Assembly (NCBI GenBank): GCA_947631765.1
Contig: CANRMP010000001.1
Location: 242,766-306,765, forward strand
Direction: 5' to 3'
DNA length: 64,000 bases
Source: an uncultured Clostridia bacterium
GTDB lineage: Bacteria > Bacillota > Clostridia > Oscillospirales > CAG-272
The notes beneath the pieces are model-generated. The model was not told the origin of the DNA. It worked only from the letters and a program-made list of their open reading frames with translations, and made no database searches. The translations under genes and the position numbers were made by a program. Each line of letters begins with the position of its first letter. Positions within the stretch are counted from its first letter, which is position 1. Shown piece by piece: positions 48,829-56,726 of the stretch.

Positions 48829-50379
48829 ATGAAAAAGATAGTCAGTATGCTTTTGATTGTCGGAATGCTTCTGCCTTGTATTACGCTCTTTGTGTCCTGC
48901 AAGGACTCGGGCTCCGCAGATGACGGCAAAATGCTGAAAATTGTAAATAACGGAGAGTCGGAATTTCAAATTGTTCGAAGCGCCAGAGCAAAAGAAACCA
49001 TTAAAAACGCTTCGGTTGCGCTTCGCAATGCGATAAGGGATAAATTCGGCGTGTCTCTTGAAATGAATGACGATTATATTCCGAGAGAAAAAGACGACTA
49101 TGTTATACCGAAATATGAAATTCTTATCGGAAATACCGAGCGTGAGGAAACGGCAACTGCCATAGGAGAGGGACTTACAGGCGACCGGTATGTTATAAAG
49201 GCTGTCGGAAATAAAATTGTTATCTGCGGCGCGGACGACAAGATGACCGAAAGCGCTGTCGGCTATTTTATAAGAACCTATATAACCTCCGATTATGCGA
49301 CCGATGCAAGTAACCTTGCCCTTGACCGCACCCTTTCAGAGGAGGGAGTCGGCGACTATTTATACTGCATTGAAACCGGTCTTACCTATGAGGAAATGGC
49401 AAGAGACGTATACAGTAAATTCAGAAAGCGGTTTGTCAGAGGCAACACTATTGACGGCACGTGGTTTTGGGACGCCGCCGAGATGCTTGAAACCTTTGTA
49501 GACGCGTACGAGGCGACAAAGGACGAAACATATCTCAGCTATGTGAAAGGATATGCAAGTGCTTTTGAGCAAAAAAACGGGCGGACTTGGCTTAATAACG
49601 AATTTAACGACGATATCATGTGGATAACCATTGCATATCTGAGAATATACCTACTCACCGGCGAAAAATCCTATTACAATGCCGCAAAGGCGGCGTTTGA
49701 CGGCGTATATCGCAGAGCATGGGACACAAATGAAGGCGGAATGTTCTGGAAAACCGACAATGCCTCGAAAAACTCCTGCGTAAACTGCCCCGCCGCCATT
49801 GCCGCGTGCTATATCGCGCAGATAAGCAAAGACGACAGCTATAACGAAAAGGCAAAGGCGATTATCGATTGGGTGGTCGAGCACCTTTCCGACCAGAAGG
49901 GTCATATCTACGATTCGTACACACTCGAGTCAAAAGCGACAAACACTTGGGCTTCTACCTACAATCAGGGCACCTTTATAGGAGCTTGCACGCTGATATA
50001 TCAGAATACAAACGACGAAAAATATATTAAATACGCGGATGACGCGGTAAAATACACCATTGAGGATATGTTCAGAAACGGTGTCGTGAACGTTGAGGAC
50101 GGCAACAACCACGATCTTCACGGCTTTAAAGGCATTTTGACCCGCTGGGTATACAGATACGCTGTATTTAAAAATGACCGCAGTATTCTTGAATGGCTGC
50201 AGCTTAACGCGATGACCGCTTATTCAAACAGAAACAGCAAGGGTCTCATCTGGACCTCTTGGGGCAATAAAACGGACGAAACCAAGGCAAATACCGAATG
50301 TGCTTTCGGATTCAGCACCGCGGTGGCGCTGATGTTCAACAGCCTGCAATGGTGGGACAGCACAGAGAGCGCAGAGTAA
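48829..50379 (+). CDS. GH76-like (alpha-1,6-mannanase family) lipoprotein with an extra N-terminal domain
   Basis: Signal/lipobox-like 'LLPCITLFVSCKD'. C-terminal ~340 aa has 'NNEFNDDIMW' (tandem Asp), 'GGMFW' and 'NSCVNCPAAIAA', typical of GH76. N-terminal ~170 aa unassigned. Confidence 0.6.
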   Translation: MKKIVSMLLIVGMLLPCITLFVSCKDSGSADDGKMLKIVNNGESEFQIVRSARAKETIKNASVALRNAIRDKFGVSLEMNDDYIPREKDDYVIPKYEILIGNTEREETATAIGEGLTGDRYVIKAVGNKIVICGADDKMTESAVGYFIRTYITSDYATDASNLALDRTLSEEGVGDYLYCIETGLTYEEMARDVYSKFRKRFVRGNTIDGTWFWDAAEMLETFVDAYEATKDETYLSYVKGYASAFEQKNGRTWLNNEFNDDIMWITIAYLRIYLLTGEKSYYNAAKAAFDGVYRRAWDTNEGGMFWKTDNASKNSCVNCPAAIAACYIAQISKDDSYNEKAKAIIDWVVEHLSDQKGHIYDSYTLESKATNTWASTYNQGTFIGACTLIYQNTNDEKYIKYADDAVKYTIEDMFRNGVVNVEDGNNHDLHGFKGILTRWVYRYAVFKNDRSILEWLQLNAMTAYSNRNSKGLIWTSWGNKTDETKANTECAFGFSTAVALMFNSLQWWDSTESAE

Positions 50380-50402
50380 GCCGATTTACGGAGGATTTTA
50401 AA

Positions 50403-51134
50403 GTGAACGATATAAGCTCTTCAAGTATAAAATACGAGGCTCTGAAAAGAGCCTCGAATGTCCTTGCCGTTGTGTCAAAGATATTAATGGTGTTTTCAAT
50501 TATCGGAACGGTGATTACCTTTCTTACCGTGATGTTTTTAATGGCGGTTCCGGCAGACTTTTTTGAAATAAATTCTACAACCGAGATGAATATTGCATTT
50601 GAAAACTCTGCCGAAATGAAGGAGGAGGACATAGACTCGATAAATTCGAATTTAACAAGCTCGCTCGGAGCCGGAAGGGACGCGGTTAAAGTGACACTTG
50701 AGGACGGCAAGATTAATATTGCCGTTAAAGCCGGTCAGAATTTAACGCTGAGGGACCTGGCGTACGCCGTGATTCCGAGCGTGCTTAACACCCTTGCCAT
50801 GGTATTCCTATTTTATTTTGCCACAGCATTTTTTAAGTCTATTGGCGGGCGCGGCTCAAGGTTCGGCATAACGCTCACCGGCGAGGAAGAGGGCGTTTTC
50901 AACAAAGACGGACTAAAAGCCCTGAAGGCTGTATTTATAGTCTATATAATCAGAGTTTTCCTTCCGACCCTCGTTGCAATGTTTATTCCTATGGCAAGCG
51001 GCGGTCTGTCTGTCGGAGGCATTGTCGGTATATTTGTCTTCTGGTTTGCAATAAAGCTTTACGACTATCTTGTAACTAAAAACGAGCTAAAAAATCCAAG
51101 CTCCGATTCGGGCAACCCGATAATAAGACCGTAA
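50403..51134 (+). CDS. Hypothetical membrane protein
   Basis: GTG 50403 lies 7 nt after GGAGGA (the track ORF start at 50298 overlaps the GH76-like gene). About 4 hydrophobic segments. No recognised motif. Confidence 0.45.
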   Translation: MNDISSSSIKYEALKRASNVLAVVSKILMVFSIIGTVITFLTVMFLMAVPADFFEINSTTEMNIAFENSAEMKEEDIDSINSNLTSSLGAGRDAVKVTLEDGKINIAVKAGQNLTLRDLAYAVIPSVLNTLAMVFLFYFATAFFKSIGGRGSRFGITLTGEEEGVFNKDGLKALKAVFIVYIIRVFLPTLVAMFIPMASGGLSVGGIVGIFVFWFAIKLYDYLVTKNELKNPSSDSGNPIIRP

Positions 51135-51143
51135 AACGTTTTT

Positions 51144-51755
51144 TTACACAAACGTAAGGTCATTTAAATAATCTTTAATATCCCGGTCGGCGGCGCTCTT
51201 TTGAGTGTCGCCGGCTTTTCCTATAGTAAGCTGTTTTCCGACTCTGCGGTATCCCAAAATCCTTGGCGATTTTACTATGGGGTCGGATATACCGTTGACA
51301 AAGACAAAGCTTTTCCAGCGCATTGCAAGACCATATTGAAGCCTGCCGTAAAACACCTTCGGGCTTCCGAAAGCCGAACCGAAAATATAAGCCCGTAATT
51401 TAGGTCTGTTGAAATACACGTATTCGTGACACAGCATGGCAACAGCCCCGCCGTATCCGAACCCCGAAATATTAATACCCTTTATTTTATCACTCAGCAG
51501 CTGTTCTTTGATATAGGGCAGTATTGCCTTCCAAATTTTCAGCGCGCCGTAATGACAGCGCCACCTCTTCTCCATGTTTTTATATGGCGCGGGATGGTAA
51601 AAAAGCTCCTTTAGCAAGCTGCGCTCGTATTTCTCACAGCAAAAAAATATGTAAAGGGTACTGCCGCAAATTCTTGTATAATATCCGCATCCTTCTGTGG
51701 GGTAGATATAGGTCGCCTGCGACTCTTCCAAAAGAAGAGAATATAGTGAGGTCAT
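51144..51755 (-). CDS. Lipase class 3-like alpha/beta-fold protein lacking the nucleophile Ser
   Basis: The order of blocks mimics Lipase_3: 'LYIFF', 'HYGALKIW', elbow 'ISGFGYGGAVAML' (where GHSLGGA is expected), 'IFGSAFGSPKV', 'SDPIVKSP'. Confidence 0.45.
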   Translation of the reverse strand: MTSLYSLLLEESQATYIYPTEGCGYYTRICGSTLYIFFCCEKYERSLLKELFYHPAPYKNMEKRWRCHYGALKIWKAILPYIKEQLLSDKIKGINISGFGYGGAVAMLCHEYVYFNRPKLRAYIFGSAFGSPKVFYGRLQYGLAMRWKSFVFVNGISDPIVKSPRILGYRRVGKQLTIGKAGDTQKSAADRDIKDYLNDLTFV

Positions 51756-51762
51756 AATAAAA

Positions 51763-51800
51763 GCTCCGCATATTATTTTTTAGTAAATAATATGCGGAGC
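51763..51800 (-). terminator. Rho-independent terminator after the 51814..52497 gene
   Basis: Perfect 16-bp stem GCTCCGCATATTATTT / AAATAATATGCGGAGC with a 6-nt loop. On the minus strand it is followed by TTTTATTAT. Confidence 0.75.
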
Positions 51801-51813
51801 GTATCTGTTTTGA

Positions 51814-52497
51814 TTAATCGATTTTTTTAAATTCTCCGTTCATATATCCGACTTGATTTTTAAGCGTTGCGATATATTTTTTATACGCCGATTTGGCTCT
51901 TATTATCATAAAAAGCATAAGCGCGGCGATGACGGGAAGCAGGTAGAGGCAAAAGGCGCACACATTAAAAAGCTCCTCAATAGACGCGTAAACAAAAACA
52001 AGCGCGTCAATTGTAAAAAGCATTGAAGGAGAAGAAATGCTTCTTAAAAACTGTTTTCGTCTGTTAAGCTTTATTGTGTCTTCATCGGCAAAATAGGAGA
52101 GCGAGACAAGCTTTATAGCGCGGTCAACAACAATTTTCGGCGCGACAAAAAGCTCGTCAAAAGAGGAAAGAGAGGACTTTTCGAAAATCAGCGTGCTTTC
52201 ATCGCTTTCTTTTACACATTCAAGCTCGGCTTCAAGAAAAATCGGCGAGATCTCCTCGTTTATTTTTTTGCGGAACAGAAAGAAGGCGCGCACTATTGTA
52301 AAAAGGTACATTTTGATAAAATACCATATGTAATAGAGCGGGTTTGCCTTTGTGTTATTGCATTGTCTTATAGTAAAATGCGCGGCGGGTGGAAGCTCTA
52401 CGCGCGGATCGTCCTTATCCAAGCGCTTGCTTATTTTTCCGCTTTTATCGGTAATGAGAAAGGCAAACTCGCCTGTATCCAAAATATTAAGTATCAT
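51814..52497 (-). CDS. Hypothetical membrane protein
   Basis: 227 aa with hydrophobic segments near residues ~55-75 and ~165-205. No recognised motif. Confidence 0.45.
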   Translation of the reverse strand: MILNILDTGEFAFLITDKSGKISKRLDKDDPRVELPPAAHFTIRQCNNTKANPLYYIWYFIKMYLFTIVRAFFLFRKKINEEISPIFLEAELECVKESDESTLIFEKSSLSSFDELFVAPKIVVDRAIKLVSLSYFADEDTIKLNRRKQFLRSISSPSMLFTIDALVFVYASIEELFNVCAFCLYLLPVIAALMLFMIIRAKSAYKKYIATLKNQVGYMNGEFKKID

Positions 52498-52632
52498 ATT
52501 TTTCCGCCTTTTTTTGTTTTCATTATTATATCAAAAGAGCTTCAACATGTCAACTAAGGAGCGCAAATTTCATATTATGATTACTGGTGCCGCAATTGCA
52601 GCATCAGAGCTCATTTAAGAAAGGGTCATGAA

Positions 52633-52869
52633 ATGAAAAGATGTTTAATAACGGCGGTGACAAATACTGCCGCAATGAAGATAAAATATGTGCTTGAAAG
52701 AAATCAGATAAGCGCCGAGGTGGTGCGCCTGCCCGCAAGATATACTGCGGCGGGTTGTTCGTTTGGAGTTGAGATACCCTGTGCCGACGAATTTAAGGCG
52801 TATAAGGTGCTTTCGGTTTCCGACGTGTCTTACGGCAAGTTCATAAGAACCGACAGCGGCGTAAGGTAG
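52633..52869 (+). CDS. DUF3343-like small protein (putative S/Se carrier-like)
   Basis: 78 aa. 'ITAVTNTAAMKIKYVLERNQISAEVVRLPARYTAAGCSFGVEI' pattern. Directly upstream of a cysteine desulfurase. Family recalled from memory. Confidence 0.6.
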   Translation: MKRCLITAVTNTAAMKIKYVLERNQISAEVVRLPARYTAAGCSFGVEIPCADEFKAYKVLSVSDVSYGKFIRTDSGVR

Positions 52870-52880
52870 GGTAATTTGTC

Positions 52881-54026
52881 ATGGTTTATCTTGATAACGC
52901 GGCAACCACCTTTCCAAAGCCGAGGGCTGTATACGACGCGCTTGCTTTGTCAATGAGAGAGTGCGCCGGAAACCCGGGCAGGGGCGGGCATATTCTCTCA
53001 AGAAATTCGGCAAAAGCGCTCTTTGACTCAAGAGTCGGCGTTGCCTCACTGCTTGGTTCCTCTTCTCCCGAAAGAGTGGCGTTCACGCACAACGCAACCG
53101 AAGCGCTCAATATTGCCATAAAGGGGCTTGCAAGAAAGAATTCTCATATTCTCATTTCGGATATCGAGCATAACAGCGTAAGACGGGTTGCAGTAAAGCT
53201 TCAAGAGCAGGGTATAGAATATTCGGTTTACAGCAGTGCAAAAAGTGCAGAGGATATTTTAAATTCCGTCAGGGAAAATATCCGCCCCGATACACAAATG
53301 CTTGTGGCGTGCCATAAAAGCAATATTTGTTCAAGAGAGCTTCCGCTTGCCGAGCTTGGAAGGCTGTGCAAAAAGTACGGCATATATTTTGTTGTCGACG
53401 CCTCACAGTCTGCGGGCAGCTGTAATATAGATATAGGAAAAGTAAACGCCGACGCCATATGCGCGCCGGGGCATAAAGGACTGTTTGGAATAATGGGCAG
53501 CGGCTTTGTGCTCTTCGGAGAGGGTGTTGAAGGCGACAAAATAAAAACCATGTGCGAAGGAGGCAACGGCGTAAATTCTATGGATGAACAAATGCCAAGC
53601 GCTCTTCCCGAGCGGCTTGAGGCGGGGACTCTGCCGATGCCCGCAATATACACTCTCAAAGCGGGAATCGAATTTGTAAGAAGGGTCGGCGCAGAAGAAA
53701 TCGGAAACAAAGAAAGCGTGCTTATGGCACGCGCAAAGGATATGCTTCTTCACACCAAGGGAATAGAGGTCTATTGTCCCGAAGAAAATGGCGGCGGAGT
53801 ACTTCTCTTTAATTTTAAGAATATCGACTGCGAGGAGGCGGCAGAGCTGCTTGACAAGGGAAAAATATGCGTCAGAGCCGGTCTTCACTGCTCGCCCCTT
53901 GCGCACAAAACCATCGGAACGCCGAGCGGTGGGGCAATAAGAGTCAGCTTCGGATATTTTAACACCTTAAAAGATATCGATTGTCTCTACAAAACCGTAA
54001 AAGATATTCTTGCCGGGGTTTATTGA
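52881..54026 (+). CDS. Class V aminotransferase / cysteine desulfurase family protein
   Basis: 'VYLDNAATTFPKP', PLP-Lys 'APGHKGLFG', C-terminal 'VRAGLHCSPLAH' (active-site Cys). Confidence 0.85.
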   Translation: MVYLDNAATTFPKPRAVYDALALSMRECAGNPGRGGHILSRNSAKALFDSRVGVASLLGSSSPERVAFTHNATEALNIAIKGLARKNSHILISDIEHNSVRRVAVKLQEQGIEYSVYSSAKSAEDILNSVRENIRPDTQMLVACHKSNICSRELPLAELGRLCKKYGIYFVVDASQSAGSCNIDIGKVNADAICAPGHKGLFGIMGSGFVLFGEGVEGDKIKTMCEGGNGVNSMDEQMPSALPERLEAGTLPMPAIYTLKAGIEFVRRVGAEEIGNKESVLMARAKDMLLHTKGIEVYCPEENGGGVLLFNFKNIDCEEAAELLDKGKICVRAGLHCSPLAHKTIGTPSGGAIRVSFGYFNTLKDIDCLYKTVKDILAGVY

Positions 54027-54048
54027 TTTAAAAAAGCTAATAAAACGC

Positions 54049-54080
54049 AAATGAGCCGTTCCGCGCGGAACGGCTCATTT
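54049..54080. terminator. Bidirectional terminator between the cysteine desulfurase gene and lnt
   Basis: 32-nt perfect palindrome AAATGAGCCGTTCCGC|GCGGAACGGCTCATTT. Confidence 0.8.
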
Positions 54081-54088
54081 AAAACGGC

Positions 54089-55681
54089 TTATTTGTGCCG
54101 ATTTTTTATTTTTTCACGCAGTACAAAGGCGCCCTCAAGGATAATGAATCCCGCGGCGAAAAGCACGAATATATCCCCGACGTATGAGTAAAGAGATCTC
54201 GAGCTTGTCATATACGCCGTTTGTACCATATACCCGTCAACAAGAGGAGGAAGGTATTCCACTGTCTCACCGCTTGAGGTTATAACCGAGCTTATACCGG
54301 TATTTGCGGCTCTCACAATCCATCGTCTGTTTTCTATGGCTCGCAGGACTGCATGAGAATTGTGCTGATAGACCGCCGCGGAGTTTGTGTACCAAGAGTC
54401 GTTTGTCGAAAGCATGATAATTTCGGCGCCGTCCTTTACGCTTTTTCTTGCAAGCGACTGATAGATAGAGTCAAAACAAATCAGTCTGCCTACAGCGCCT
54501 TTTTCGGTCTCTATGACCGCGCTGTCGGTGCCGGGCGTAATCTCGTCTTCAAACATATTCATGCTTGCAAGCATGGGAAGGAAGGTTTTTATAAATCCCT
54601 TCATCGGAAGATATTCGCCAAAGGGCACAAGGTGCTGTTTATAATAAGGGTTACTGTCAACACTGCCGTCGGGGAAGAAGGCGATAATTGCGTTGTATTC
54701 GTTGCTTTCGTCAGAGTCAAAGGTGCCGACAAGTATCACGGCTCCCGTGTCCTTTGCAAGCGCCTTTACTGAGTCTACCGCCTCTTCGTCGTTCATCATG
54801 TGGTAATTGATGACTGTCTCAGGCCATACGACAAAGTCAATGCCACCTGCCGCGTCACCGTCTGTTTGACTTTTTTCCTTCTCGGAGGCTTCATAGGTCA
54901 TTTTGACATACAGCTCAAGCGAATCGCGGGCGCTCATTTGCCACTTGTCATTTGAGGAGATATTTCCCTGTATCAGCGCAACTTTGACAGCGCGTTCTTT
55001 GTTCTCTCTGTGAAGTCCCATGCAAAAAAGCCCGAATATAATATTTAAAGAAAAGACAGAAAGTGCGACAAGGGCGTATATTACAGTCTTTTTTGCCTTT
55101 ATTCCGCTGTTTTTAAATTCAATGAACGCAAGGGCAAGATATCCGTTGACAAGCACAATTATAAAGCTGACAAACAGCGAGCCAAACAGCGACGCGCTTT
55201 GAAGCGCCGGCAAAAATCCGACCTGAGAAAGCGAGAGCCTTGCCCAAGGCACACCCGTCCAGGTCAGCGTTTGCAGGTACTCAAACACAGTCCAAATACT
55301 TGCAAAAAGCACGGGCGAGAGAAAGCGGTGATATGCCGTACCCCGATAAGCAAGGGCGATAAACGCCATTTCGAGTGTTTGAAACAGTGAGAGCCCCAGC
55401 CAGCAAAGCGCAATTAACCCGAGCGCTTCAAGGGGCGTTATGTCCATAAACTCCATGGGATACAGGTATGTAAACCAATGGTAATTTATAATGTAGTAGA
55501 CAAACGACCACAAAAGCCCATAAAGATACGCACGCCGCAGCTTGATTTTCTTATTTGCCGCATTGTACAGTACATAAAAAAACGGCGAGATTGAAACAAA
55601 AGCAAAAAGGGCAAGGGGGTGAAAAATCAGAGAAAGCGAGGTGAGAGCGGCTGAAATTACAATTAAAAAAAGGGTAATCAT
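54089..55681 (-). CDS. lnt: Apolipoprotein N-acyltransferase
   Basis: 530 aa. N-terminal ~7 TM plus a CN-hydrolase domain with 'VVWPE' (Glu), 'YYKQHLVPFGEYLP' (Lys), 'LICFDSIY' (Cys), and a C-terminal TM. Confidence 0.85.
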   Translation of the reverse strand: MITLFLIVISAALTSLSLIFHPLALFAFVSISPFFYVLYNAANKKIKLRRAYLYGLLWSFVYYIINYHWFTYLYPMEFMDITPLEALGLIALCWLGLSLFQTLEMAFIALAYRGTAYHRFLSPVLFASIWTVFEYLQTLTWTGVPWARLSLSQVGFLPALQSASLFGSLFVSFIIVLVNGYLALAFIEFKNSGIKAKKTVIYALVALSVFSLNIIFGLFCMGLHRENKERAVKVALIQGNISSNDKWQMSARDSLELYVKMTYEASEKEKSQTDGDAAGGIDFVVWPETVINYHMMNDEEAVDSVKALAKDTGAVILVGTFDSDESNEYNAIIAFFPDGSVDSNPYYKQHLVPFGEYLPMKGFIKTFLPMLASMNMFEDEITPGTDSAVIETEKGAVGRLICFDSIYQSLARKSVKDGAEIIMLSTNDSWYTNSAAVYQHNSHAVLRAIENRRWIVRAANTGISSVITSSGETVEYLPPLVDGYMVQTAYMTSSRSLYSYVGDIFVLFAAGFIILEGAFVLREKIKNRHK

Positions 55682-56646
55682 AAATCAAATTCTCCGACAA
55701 ACCAAATCTTAGAGCGGTCAATTGTAAAGGTCCTTTTGTCAAGATAGCTTAAACTTTTGCCGTCAGTGGCAAAATTAAAGGTCAGCATATAGGCGTAAAG
55801 CGCCTGATGCTTGTAGCCCTTTTGACGGTCGTCCTTATTGATGCCGTACTTTCCGTCGCCAAGCAGCGGATGCCCGATAAACGAAAGGTGCGCTCTTATC
55901 TGATGCGTTCTTCCGGTGATGAGGTTTATTTCAAGCAGAGAAAGACCGTTTTTCTCTGCAAGCACGGTATATTCTGTGACAATTGTCTTGACGTTTTCGG
56001 TATTTTTGGGAGGCTCTTTTGAAATTTTTACCGTATTGCTGTCGCCGTCCTTGACAAGATAGCCTTTTAAAATATCGTGCTTTTTGTCAAAGTGACCGTG
56101 CGCGGCGCAGAGATATCTTTTGTTTATCTCCCTGTTTTTGATTTTTTCGTTTATAATTCTGAGCGCCTCGGCGTTTTTTGCCGCAATTACAATGCCTGCG
56201 GTGTTGCGGTCGATTCGGTTGCAAAGAGCGGGAGCAAAGGAGTTTTCCTTTGCGGGGTCATATTCCCCTTTGCGGTAAAGGTAGGCTTTTATGTGGGAAA
56301 TAAGCGTGTTTACCTGCTCATTTTCGTCCGGATGAACTATCATTCCCGAGCGCTTGTCGCAAAGAATTATATTTTCATCCTCATAAATTATATCAAGCCT
56401 CGGAGTCAGCTTCATAAACGCCTCGTCGACCTTAGTCTCGTCAAAAAATTCCTCGCTGATAAAAAGCTGAACGGTGTCGCCTTCAAGCAGTATTTGCGAG
56501 GGTGAGGCACGCTTTCGGTTGACCTTTATCTTCTTTGTTCGTATAAGCTTGTACATAAGAGACGCGGGGAGATTTTTCAGGGCTTTTGAAAGGAATTTGT
56601 CAAGGCGCTGACCCTTGTCATTGCTTCCAATGCTTATGTTTCTCAT
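55678..56646 (-). CDS. RluA-family pseudouridine synthase with S4 domain (RluD-like)
   Basis: S4 'RLDKFLSKAL', catalytic 'NRIDRNTAGIVIAAK', 'GRTHQIRAHL'. The stop overlaps the lnt start (ATGA). Confidence 0.85.
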   Translation of the reverse strand: MRNISIGSNDKGQRLDKFLSKALKNLPASLMYKLIRTKKIKVNRKRASPSQILLEGDTVQLFISEEFFDETKVDEAFMKLTPRLDIIYEDENIILCDKRSGMIVHPDENEQVNTLISHIKAYLYRKGEYDPAKENSFAPALCNRIDRNTAGIVIAAKNAEALRIINEKIKNREINKRYLCAAHGHFDKKHDILKGYLVKDGDSNTVKISKEPPKNTENVKTIVTEYTVLAEKNGLSLLEINLITGRTHQIRAHLSFIGHPLLGDGKYGINKDDRQKGYKHQALYAYMLTFNFATDGKSLSYLDKRTFTIDRSKIWFVGEFDL

Positions 56647-56726
56647 AAATTCACGGGGGCTGCCTCATGTTTTATGAGAAGCCCCGCTCCGTATATAATT
56701 TAATTATTTTTAAGTGTTGAAAAGGT

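Noticed and set aside
50298-50402. The upstream extension of the 50298..51134 track ORF
   Set aside because: It overlaps the 3' end of the GH76-like gene in another frame. GTG 50403, preceded by GGAGGA, is a far better start.
53228-53906. Two long minus-strand ORFs (160 and 167 aa) inside the cysteine desulfurase gene
   Set aside because: They are antisense to a well-supported PLP enzyme gene, with low-complexity Ser/Pro-rich translations.
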